This document shows, piece by piece, positions 56,547 through 64,000 of a stretch of 64,000 nucleotides of DNA. The DNA lies in contig JADHWN010000007.1 in the NCBI GenBank assembly GCA_016783455.1, positions 10,710-74,709 of the forward strand. The letters are read 5' to 3'. The notes under the pieces are model-generated. The model saw only the letters and a list, made by a program, of their open reading frames with translations. It ran no database searches and was not told the origin of the DNA. A program made the position numbers and the translations under genes. This DNA is from Candidatus Bathyarchaeota archaeon (GTDB lineage Archaea; Thermoproteota; Bathyarchaeia; TCS64). Numbering within the stretch: position 1 is the first letter of the stretch; each line of letters opens with the position of its first letter.

Positions 56547-56554
56547 GCGCGCGC
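56547..56554. repeat. (GC)4 tract
   Basis: GCGCGCGC lies 46 nt upstream of the asparaginase start. The adjacent GCGCGCGCTGT (minus strand) also occurs at 8291 (plus strand). Confidence 0.9.
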
Positions 56555-56662
56555 CCATTGTCTGAAGGGCGCTCAACACTATCTGGTCTGTGATCTCAAC
56601 CATCCTAGATCAGACACGCATGGTTTGGAAGCAAAGAAAAGAGTATGGGGGTGTACGTGTAT

Positions 56663-57088
56663 CTAGGTCAGGCCCCAGCTCTGGACCTTGATTGGAGTGA
56701 TCACTAGGATATACTTGCTCCAGCCATCTTCTCGAACTCCCCAATTCTCCTCATACCCTGGAAACTTCTCCTCGATGAGGTCTCGACCCTTTTCATGAAG
56801 CTTGCCACTCGATATCAGCTCCGCTTTACCGCTTATCAATACTCCATGAAGTCCCTGTGCTGTTCCATCCCATGGGGGAAAATCATCCACTAAAAAGGAA
56901 ACTCTCGGGTTACTCCTTATGTTTCTAGCTTTCTTTGACGTGTGTTTGATGTTAACATACACTCTGTCCTCATCTGCGCCAAACCCTACTGGGGTCACTT
57001 GAGGAATCTGCTTCCTTGAGACTGTGGCTAACCTGCCCACCAACTGTTCTCTGAGATACTCTAACTCTACCTGTGAAAATGCTCCCAT
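56663..57088 (-). CDS. Pyridoxamine 5'-phosphate oxidase-family (PPOX-class, possibly F420/FMN-dependent) protein
   Basis: 'LVGRLATVSRKQIPQVTPVGF' and 'NPRVSFLVDD' motifs. ATG at 57088 is preferred over the track start at 57139. Confidence 0.7.
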   Translation of the reverse strand: MGAFSQVELEYLREQLVGRLATVSRKQIPQVTPVGFGADEDRVYVNIKHTSKKARNIRSNPRVSFLVDDFPPWDGTAQGLHGVLISGKAELISSGKLHEKGRDLIEEKFPGYEENWGVREDGWSKYILVITPIKVQSWGLT

Positions 57089-57275
57089 CTTATCCCCAAA
57101 ATGATGTAGGATAAAGACAATAAAGATTTTTCTTTTCATGTATCTAACTAGTATGGCTCACGCTTATCCAGGTCAGATAGTCAAACATGAACTGAATATC
57201 AACCATTCAACTCACCGAGTGGAATTATGTCAAAATTTGAATAAGAACCTGATGATCAAAGGAAATGCGAGGGAC

Positions 57276-57717
57276 TCAGGTCTCGGAGATGTTGACCTTT
57301 ACGGGGATCCCCCTCCTGAGGCTCCTGACTATGCTGCACGCGTGGCCTTCATGCTCCTTCACCACCTCAGCGAACTCTGAGCGAAGCCCGTCGGGCACAT
57401 CCACCTTCACGTCGATCTCCATGGACACAACGACGGCCCGCCCGGACTCGTCCTTCCCCATCCTCCACCTCGCGGACGACTCCAGCTCACCGTAACGCGC
57501 ACCCGGCTCCAGCGCGTCCAGCTCGTACTCCATAGAGGAAGAGAAACAGATCAACGCGGCGGCCACCAGGAGCCGCGTGTTGCTGAAGCCTATCTTCCAC
57601 CAGTTCTCTACGGTGATGTCCTCCATCCCCGTAGTCAAAGAGGACCTCATACGTCCCCTCCCCCGTACGCCTCAACCTAACCTCGTTCGGCGACTTAATG
57701 ATCGTACATCCCCTCAA
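57276..57717 (-). pseudogene. OsmC/Ohr-like protein with an apparent 1-nt frameshift at a G4 run
   Basis: Frame X (TIIKSPNEVRLRRTGEGTYEVLFDYG) and frame Y (MEDITVENWWKIGFSNTRLLVAAALICF...HEGHACSIVRSL) join if one G at 57627-57630 is removed. Confidence 0.5.
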
Positions 57718-57721
57718 CCCA

Positions 57722-58135
57722 GAACCGGATAAGAGTTGGGGCTAAAACAGTTAAACACCCCCGCAAAGCCCCCCTCAGTGAAGAGCAGGATAAAATACAG
57801 AAAAATAGAAAAAAACACGAAAAAATAACCCGAATAAACGAAAACAGACCCCCTCCCACGAAAAGGAACCCGGAAACACCCCCAAGAAAGGGGGGGGCAC
57901 ACGCCTACACCCCCGAACCAAATACAGCGTAGAACAAAACACCCAACCCAAGAAAAAACCCCTCAACGAAGACGTGAACCCCCAACCCGGAAACCAACAG
58001 CCTTCACACAGAAAACACAACACACCAAACCCGCTAAACACTTATCCCTAGCCAGGCGCACGCGCAAAAAAATAAAATCGCTTATCATATGCTACCATTC
58101 ACACAGACGCACCCACCCGAAAACAGACAAACCCT
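57722..58135 (+). other. About 400-nt T-poor, C/A-rich strand-asymmetric tract upstream of psmA
   Basis: 6 T in 120 nt (57781-57900) by hand count. ACACCCCC recurs at 57755, 57876 and 57907. CCCCCaagaaaGGGGG hairpin near 57879-57894. Confidence 0.8.
57976..58072 (+). repeat. C/A-rich element copy S2
   Basis: Shares the blocks GAACCCCCAACCC, CCTTCACACAGAAAACACAA, AAACCCGCTAAA, TTATCCCTAGCC and ACGCGCAAAAAA with S1 and S3. Confidence 0.6.
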
Positions 58136-58218
58136 ATTAGCATCCTTTAAATAATATACATGAGGTAAACTCACGAAACCAACGTCTGAGAGGATAAAAG
58201 GAGGACTGGAATTTGTTT

Positions 58219-58917
58219 ATGCCCAGAGCTTACGACCGCGCCATAACAATATTTTCACCCGAAGGGCGCCTATACCAAGTTGAATACGCACTAGAGCTAG
58301 TGAAGAGAGGAGCCCCTATAGTAGGCGTGACATCACCAGAGGGAGTGGTCCTAGCAGCCAACGAGACCCCCCTAAACACGCTCGAAGACCCCAAGTACTT
58401 CGAGAAGATATTCCAACTCGACACCCACGTCGCAACCGCAATAGCCGGACTAAGCTCCGACGCACGGGTACTAATCAGCCAGTCCAGAGTCTTCTGCCAG
58501 AGCAACCGTCTCCTATACGACGAACCAGTCGACATAGAGATCCTCACAAGGAGGATGGGCGACCAAGCCCAAGTATACACCCAGCACGCCGGAGCCAGAC
58601 CCTTCGGGGTCAGCATGATCATAGCCGGCGTAGACGGAACCGGGAGCAGAGTGTTCACGGCTGACCCCAGCGGATCATACAGGGGATACAAAGCAACAGC
58701 CGTGGGAAGGAAGAGCGAAGAGGCAAACAAGCTCCTCGAGGAGAAGTTCAGGCCCGACCTAACGCTGGACGAGGCCATCTCCCTCGCCGTCGAGACAGTC
58801 AAACATGCATCGGAGGGCGAAATAACCTCCAAGAACTGCAAGGTCGCAGTGATACCCAAGGAGACGAGAGCCTTCAGAAGACTCGCAGAGGATGAGGTAC
58901 AGAAACACCTCAAGTAG
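58219..58917 (+). CDS. psmA: Proteasome subunit alpha
   Basis: 'YDRAITIFSPEGRLYQVEYA' signature. ATG at 58219. Confidence 0.95.
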   Translation: MPRAYDRAITIFSPEGRLYQVEYALELVKRGAPIVGVTSPEGVVLAANETPLNTLEDPKYFEKIFQLDTHVATAIAGLSSDARVLISQSRVFCQSNRLLYDEPVDIEILTRRMGDQAQVYTQHAGARPFGVSMIIAGVDGTGSRVFTADPSGSYRGYKATAVGRKSEEANKLLEEKFRPDLTLDEAISLAVETVKHASEGEITSKNCKVAVIPKETRAFRRLAEDEVQKHLK

Positions 58918-58929
58918 AAGGCTCCAAGA

Positions 58930-59619
58930 ATGAGTGACAGATACACACGGGTCAGGTACTCGCATTCAGGCGAGAGATTCGAAATTCTGGTAGACCCAGA
59001 CAAGGGACTCCTCTACAAGCGGGGAGATCTGACCGACATATCGAACGTCCTCATGGTAGACACGATATTCACAGACGCCAACAAAGGTGAGAAGGCCTCC
59101 GGCACCAAGCTCGAGGAGGCATTCGGAACAGCAGACCCCCTCGAGGTGGCCGAGATCATGTTCGAGAAGGGCACTCTCCAGCTCACCGCCCAGCAGAGGA
59201 AGGAGATGACCGAGCAGAAGCTGAAGCAGATAATCAGCATCATCTCCCGCACCTACGTGGATCCATCTACAAAACTACCCCATCCACCCCTGAGAATAGA
59301 GAACGCCATGACAGAGGCCAAGGTATCCATCGACGCATTCGTAGACGCCGAGGAGCAGCTCAAGGACATAGTCGACGCCCTCAGGCCCATACTGCCCATG
59401 AGGATGGAGACTATCGAGATCGCCGTCAAGATACCCGCCGAGTACTCATCCAAGTCATACGGCATAGCCAAGAACCTGGGAGACATCAAACGGGACGAGT
59501 GGGCCGTGGACGGCTCATGGATCGCCGTGATCTCCATCTCAGCGGCGATGCAGGGAGAGCTACTAGACCGCCTCGGGAAAGCCACCCAGGGCAACCTCCA
59601 GACGAAGATAATGAAGTGA
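58930..59619 (+). CDS. sdo1: SBDS-family ribosome maturation protein
   Basis: 229 aa; '[17 protein letters not shown]' FYSH domain. Conserved position after psmA. Confidence 0.9.
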   Translation: MSDRYTRVRYSHSGERFEILVDPDKGLLYKRGDLTDISNVLMVDTIFTDANKGEKASGTKLEEAFGTADPLEVAEIMFEKGTLQLTAQQRKEMTEQKLKQIISIISRTYVDPSTKLPHPPLRIENAMTEAKVSIDAFVDAEEQLKDIVDALRPILPMRMETIEIAVKIPAEYSSKSYGIAKNLGDIKRDEWAVDGSWIAVISISAAMQGELLDRLGKATQGNLQTKIMK

Positions 59620-59632
59620 AAGGAGAACAACA

Positions 59633-60325
59633 ATGTCAGCGAAATTTGAGAACAGGGACCTGGTGGTCCCGGGAGACGTCCTCTTCGAAGGAAGGATCAG
59701 GACGGGCGACAACACGTTCCGCAGCAATGGACATGTCAGCGCATCAAGAATAGGGCTGGTGAACTACAACCAAGGGATGGTGTCGGTCATCTCCCTCGAG
59801 GCTGGGTTCAATCCCCTCTCAGGGGACTTGGTCATCGGCGAAGTCATCGACATAGACCTCGGACGCTGGATCGTAGACATAGGGTCATCAGAGAACGCAT
59901 TTCTGAACGTCCAGGACGCAATAGACGCCCCCTTCAGGTCGGACATAGTCATGCCAGAGATACTCGACGTCGGTGAGACGATCATCGCCAAGATAGTCGA
60001 CTTGGACCGACGGAGGACACCCATACTCTCGATCCTAGGCCCGAGTCTGGGGAAGGTGAAAGAAGGATTTATCTTTCGCATAACCCCCTCGAAGATACCA
60101 AGGCTCATAGGAAAGAAGGGCTCGATGGTGAACATGATCCTGAAAGCGACAGGATGCAACGTGGTCATCGGGCAGAACGGATGGATCCTCATCCAAGGGA
60201 GGAACCGGGAGAACGAGATGATCGTCGTAAAGGTCATCGAGAAGATCGAGCGGGAAGCGCACATCTCGGGCCTCACCACACGGGTGCAGGAATACCTGAA
60301 AGAGTTAAAGGAGGAAATTAAATGA
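59633..60325 (+). CDS. rrp4: Exosome complex RNA-binding protein Rrp4 (S1 plus KH)
   Basis: 'VVPGD', S1 region, '[13 protein letters not shown]' KH motif. Confidence 0.9.
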   Translation: MSAKFENRDLVVPGDVLFEGRIRTGDNTFRSNGHVSASRIGLVNYNQGMVSVISLEAGFNPLSGDLVIGEVIDIDLGRWIVDIGSSENAFLNVQDAIDAPFRSDIVMPEILDVGETIIAKIVDLDRRRTPILSILGPSLGKVKEGFIFRITPSKIPRLIGKKGSMVNMILKATGCNVVIGQNGWILIQGRNRENEMIVVKVIEKIEREAHISGLTTRVQEYLKELKEEIK

Positions 60326-61047
60326 GCAAGAAAAAAAGTAAGAAAACAACAAAGAGATTCGACGGGAGGAAACCAGACGAGCTCCGGCCACTCAAGATAG
60401 AGAGCGGAGTACTCCCCCACGCGGACGGGTCGGCCTACATAGAGATGGGACGGAACAAGATCCTAGTAGGCGTATTCGGACCCAGGGAAATGCACCCAAA
60501 GCGCTTCTCCAAGCCGAACATGGCCACCCTGAGATGCAGGTACCACATGGCCCCCTTCTCGGTGGACCCAAGACGGTCCCCCGCACCATCACGAAGAGAC
60601 AACGAGATAAGCATGGTCATGAGATACGCCCTGGAACCCGCCGTCTTCCTCGAGAGATATCCAAGATCCGTGATAGACGTATACGCGGAGATACTGGAGG
60701 CGGACGGGGGAACAAGGACGGCCTGCATCAACGCAGCCTCAGTCGCCCTAGTCGACGCAGGAATACCCGTACGAGACCTCGTGGCGTCGTGCGCCGCAGG
60801 GAAGATAGACGGCCAGCTGGTCCTGGACCTCGGAGACTACGAGGACAAGGAAGGCGACGCCGACGTACCACTAGCCTACATGCCAAAGACTGAGCATGTA
60901 ACCCTGCTCCAGATGGACGGCATCCTATCCCAGGATGACTTCAACGGCTGCATCGACATGGCTATAGAGGGCTGCAAGCAGATATACGAGGTCCAGCGCG
61001 AGGCACTGAAGAAGAAGTACGGCCTCGACGAAGGGGAGGCGAACTAG
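60322..61047 (+). CDS. rrp41: Exosome complex exonuclease Rrp41 (RNase PH-like)
   Basis: '[32 protein letters not shown]', 'DGGTRTA'. Confidence 0.92.
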   Translation: MSKKKSKKTTKRFDGRKPDELRPLKIESGVLPHADGSAYIEMGRNKILVGVFGPREMHPKRFSKPNMATLRCRYHMAPFSVDPRRSPAPSRRDNEISMVMRYALEPAVFLERYPRSVIDVYAEILEADGGTRTACINAASVALVDAGIPVRDLVASCAAGKIDGQLVLDLGDYEDKEGDADVPLAYMPKTEHVTLLQMDGILSQDDFNGCIDMAIEGCKQIYEVQREALKKKYGLDEGEAN

Positions 61048-61048
61048 G

Positions 61049-61843
61049 ATGTCTAGAAACGTCGGAATAGCCTCAAGGCTCAAGAGAAACAAGATCACCG
61101 AGGTCGTCGCATCAGGGAAGCGCATGGATGGACGAGACCTGCTGGACTATCGTGAGATCCAGATAAAGACAGGGGTCCTCGAGAAGGTCGAGGGATCTGC
61201 AGAAGCATACCTGGGAAAGACAAGGGTCCTGGTAGGAGTCAAATTCGGGAAAGGCTACCCATTCGATGACACTCCTGACAAGGGAGTGCTCATGACCAAC
61301 GCCGAGTTCACGCCCATCGCACATCCGACATTCGAGCCGGGCCCCCCAGACGAGAGGTCAATAGAGCTCGCAAGGGTGGTCGACAGGGGACTCAGGTCCG
61401 CTGAGATACTCGATATGAAGAAGCTGTGCCTAGTACCGGGAAAGTCAGTCTACATGGTTCACGTGGACATCTACGTGCTCAGCTACGACGGAAACCTCAT
61501 AGACTGCTCAGCATTGGCCGCGATCGCCGCACTGAAGACAGCAAAGATGCCTGTCTACACAGTCAAGGACGAAAACGTCAAACTCACAAAGAAGACGAAG
61601 GCCGTCAAGATCCTGAGGGAGCCCCTCGCCGTCTCGATAGTGAAGATCGGCGACAGCCTGTTGGTCGACCCATCCGCGGACGAGGAGGAAGTCATGGACG
61701 CCAGGATAACCATAACCCTAGACGAGAAGGGTAACGTGTGCACGATACAGAAAGTAGGCTCAGTAGGCTTCACCAGGGACGAGCTCAAGACAGCCGTACA
61801 GATCGCAGCTGAAAAAGTCGAAGAACTGAGAAAGAACGTCTAG
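61049..61843 (+). CDS. rrp42: Exosome complex component Rrp42
   Basis: 'GKRMDGRDLLDYREIQIKTGVL' RNase PH-like inactive subunit. Confidence 0.9.
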   Translation: MSRNVGIASRLKRNKITEVVASGKRMDGRDLLDYREIQIKTGVLEKVEGSAEAYLGKTRVLVGVKFGKGYPFDDTPDKGVLMTNAEFTPIAHPTFEPGPPDERSIELARVVDRGLRSAEILDMKKLCLVPGKSVYMVHVDIYVLSYDGNLIDCSALAAIAALKTAKMPVYTVKDENVKLTKKTKAVKILREPLAVSIVKIGDSLLVDPSADEEEVMDARITITLDEKGNVCTIQKVGSVGFTRDELKTAVQIAAEKVEELRKNV

Positions 61844-61854
61844 GAGAATGACTG

Positions 61855-62097
61855 ATGCCCAAGAAGAAGACTTTCGGCCTCCGGCTCAGAACCCGGGGTG
61901 GCACGTCCGTCCGCAAGAACTGGACAAGGCTCACCTTGGGCATGAGGGCCAAACACAGATGCCCCAGATGCTCAAGCAGGAAAGTTAAACGGGAGAGCGT
62001 AGGGATCTGGGGATGCAATAAATGCGGATACAGATTCGCCGGGGGAGCCTACATCCCCTCAACGAAGACAGGGCAAGCCTCGACTCGTATACGTTAA
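61855..62097 (+). CDS. rpl37ae: Ribosomal protein L37Ae (eL43)
   Basis: 'CPRCSSRKVKRESVGIWGCNKCGYRFAGGAY' zinc ribbon. Confidence 0.92.
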   Translation: MPKKKTFGLRLRTRGGTSVRKNWTRLTLGMRAKHRCPRCSSRKVKRESVGIWGCNKCGYRFAGGAYIPSTKTGQASTRIR

Positions 62098-62135
62098 TAT
62101 ACTCCACCATTTTTTCATATTTATCGTGAGACACA

Positions 62136-62399
62136 GTGGAGCGTAGGAGCCTTTCAAGGATGATATACGCTGAGGTCTCAATCCAGTTATCATTCGAGGT
62201 AGCTGCCATAGTCGAAGAATCCCTAAATCCAGAGGCTGAACACCCCATATCACAGCGTTCTAATGTCGAAGTCGAAGCAAAGGAAGGGAAGCTCGTCATC
62301 TCGATGGAGGCCTCGGATGTCACAGCCATGCGGGCTGCTTTCAACAGCTATATCCGCTGGGTCGGGGCAATCATGAACGTAGTTGATTCGGTTAGTTAA
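62136..62399 (+). CDS. pcc1: KEOPS subunit Pcc1-like protein
   Basis: 'DVTAMRAAFNSYIRWVGAIMNVV' resembles the Pcc1/CTAG C-terminal helix. Start is GTG 62136 or ATG 62160. Confidence 0.5.
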   Translation: MERRSLSRMIYAEVSIQLSFEVAAIVEESLNPEAEHPISQRSNVEVEAKEGKLVISMEASDVTAMRAAFNSYIRWVGAIMNVVDSVS

Positions 62400-62492
62400 G
62401 AGATCCCCCGCATACACTTGAGCCCCGTTCCTAGAGCATATATCCCATCAATAACTATAAACCTAGGCTCGTATTGTTAAAAGGAGAATGAT

Positions 62493-62861
62493 ATGTCAAA
62501 TCTGAGTCAGCTTCCACCGGACATCCAGGAGAAGCTTAGCCGGATGCAGCAGCTTCAGAACATGCTACAGCAGCTAGTTGCCCAGAAGCAGCGACTCGAG
62601 CTAGAGCTCACAGAATCCGACCGAGCACTGAAAACGCTGGAGGACACGCCTTCTGACGCCAAGGTCTACAAGTCAGCTGGTGCGGTCCTAGTTGAGAAAG
62701 ATAAAGACATCGTCGTGAAGGAGCTCACGGAGAGGAAGGAGTTCCTCGACATGAGGTCCAAGGTGCTGGTGAAACAGGAGACCAACACAAGGGAGAGGCT
62801 GACGCAGCTCCAAGAGAACCTCCAGAAGGACATAAACCAGCAGATGGGCTCGAGCCCCTAG
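62493..62861 (+). CDS. pfdB: Prefoldin beta subunit
   Basis: 122 aa, two coiled coils flanking 'VYKSAGAVLVEKDKD' beta hairpins. Confidence 0.85.
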   Translation: MSNLSQLPPDIQEKLSRMQQLQNMLQQLVAQKQRLELELTESDRALKTLEDTPSDAKVYKSAGAVLVEKDKDIVVKELTERKEFLDMRSKVLVKQETNTRERLTQLQENLQKDINQQMGSSP

Positions 62862-62870
62862 GTTTACTTT

Positions 62871-63596
62871 CTAGCCCCTTCTCCTGAGTGAGCTCAGTAG
62901 ACCACGCTTCTCCTCTACGCCAGCTTTCTGTGATATCTCCTCTCTCATCTCAATGCTTCTCTTAAGTGGCGTGATGTCCACGCCGAGTTTGTACATCTTG
63001 TTTAGGACGCTGATCACTGATGTGGCCCCTGCGTAGTCTATGGATGAGATGTAGGATGTCGGTATCAGGAGAGTAGTCCAAGGTAGATCATGTTTCAAGG
63101 CCTCCTCCATGAGGACCGCGTTGAGACCTGAGACCCCTCCTTCAGTCAAGGGTCTTACGCCGAACTTTATCAGCTCCCTATCAGGTATGCTGAAGCCAAA
63201 GACAGGGTTCTCCTTCAACTGCTGCGGCATAGGCATCGCCTCGATGCAGACGAAATCTTTGGCACCATTCTCCAGCAACCATTCCATGAGCTTGGCGCCG
63301 ATATCCCAAGAGCTCTCGGGGGAGACCAGGGACTCGCTGACGACCACTAGCAGCTCGTCCTTGCTGTCACCATATATCCTGAATGGATGAATGGGTTTCC
63401 CTTCCATGAGTAGTATAGTCGGAGGAAGTAGCTTTGATCTTACCTCAGCCTTTAACTCGAAATTCTTGTTGCGCGTAATGTACATGAGAGCCGTATTGCC
63501 TATGAAGCCAGGACCAGAAAAAGCGAATATGACCGAAGGCCGTGTCTTCTTCAGAGGATTGACCTCATTGATCAATATTTTCTCCGACATTTTCAA
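62871..63596 (-). CDS. PAC2-family (proteasome assembly chaperone-like) protein
   Basis: 'SVIFAFSGPGFIGNTA' and 'HPFRIY' resemble archaeal PAC2/PbaB-type proteins. Confidence 0.65.
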   Translation of the reverse strand: MKMSEKILINEVNPLKKTRPSVIFAFSGPGFIGNTALMYITRNKNFELKAEVRSKLLPPTILLMEGKPIHPFRIYGDSKDELLVVVSESLVSPESSWDIGAKLMEWLLENGAKDFVCIEAMPMPQQLKENPVFGFSIPDRELIKFGVRPLTEGGVSGLNAVLMEEALKHDLPWTTLLIPTSYISSIDYAGATSVISVLNKMYKLGVDITPLKRSIEMREEISQKAGVEEKRGLLSSLRRRG

Positions 63597-63688
63597 ATCC
63601 AGTTTAAGGGGCGCATTCTGATTTAAAAGGTAGCCCCTCGGCTGTGCCCCCTATCTTTATCCCTAGACTGTACTAATTCATATCCAGG

Positions 63689-64000
63689 TTGGTCATCACA
63701 GACTCCCAATATGAGACATTAAAGAGGTTAATCTCTGGTCGTACCCTCATTCTTTGTCATCACAATGCTGATCCCGACGCGATTGGATCAGCATTCGCTC
63801 TTCAACAGTTAGTCTACTCTCTGAAGCCGCCCGCTTCAGCTGACATCTACCTACCGGGGGGAGCCACTCTCCTCTCGAAAAAGATAATGGATGAATTGGG
63901 CATCGCGGTCCTCGATGATGCCTCTATTGATGACTATGAACTCCTACTTGTTTGTGACACTGCGACACTGAGGCAGCTTGAGGCTTGGGGAGACATGGTG
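63689..64000 (+). CDS. DHH-family phosphoesterase, 3' end outside window
   Basis: Open frame from GTG 63689 to the window edge. 'LILCHHNADPDAIGSAFAL' DHH motifs I-II and 'LLLVCDTA' motif. Confidence 0.65.
   Translation, partial: MVITDSQYETLKRLISGRTLILCHHNADPDAIGSAFALQQLVYSLKPPASADIYLPGGATLLSKKIMDELGIAVLDDASIDDYELLLVCDTATLRQLEAWGDMV

Noticed and set aside
57714-58041. Minus-strand ORFs 57714..57902 and 57775..58041 (F/G/V/C-rich).
   Set aside because: These are translations of the T/G-rich complement of the C/A-rich tract. They are low complexity, with no start context and no family resemblance.
1-64000. Looked for CRISPR arrays, rRNA genes, transposases/IS elements, toxin-antitoxin pairs and known defence genes.
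   Set aside because: No regularly spaced direct repeats, no rRNA-like sequence and no recognisable transposase, Cas, restriction-modification or TA motifs were seen by eye. Absence is not proven without HMM searches.

Overview
High-G+C (hand counts about 57-68%) archaeal chromosome segment. Evidence for archaeal origin: the proteasome-alpha/SBDS/Rrp4/Rrp41/Rrp42/L37Ae/Pcc1/prefoldin-beta superoperon, type III RuBisCO with the AMP-salvage genes, an Nre protein, split archaeal PheRS, ThyX and PolX. Core content is about 70 credible CDS and 4 tRNAs: Leu-GAG, His-GUG, Lys-CUU and Asp-GUC. Functional clusters include a leuA/cimA-leuCDB operon, a bacillithiol-like bshB/bshC/bshA plus 2x DinB cluster, and a DsrMK/HdrED-like pair next to heme O synthase, a GcvH-like protein and LplA. 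A PK_C-like gene with two DUF4438-like paralogs sits beside the AMP pathway. The backbone is interrupted by four lower-G+C islets: about 6571-8427, 25627-26839, 38203-40368 and 55239-57275. One islet is bounded by a 21-nt direct repeat of the tRNA-Lys 3' end (att-like) and has no integrase. One begins in frame inside pheS. One is flanked by 61-nt direct repeats. Intergenic (CG)4-5 tracts and a T-poor, C/A-rich repeat family recur at or near these islets. Four ORFs in or next to the islets look frame-disrupted. No CRISPR array, rRNA, transposase, integrase or recognisable defence gene was seen. All calls come from reading the sequence and remembered family motifs; no searches or alignments were run.
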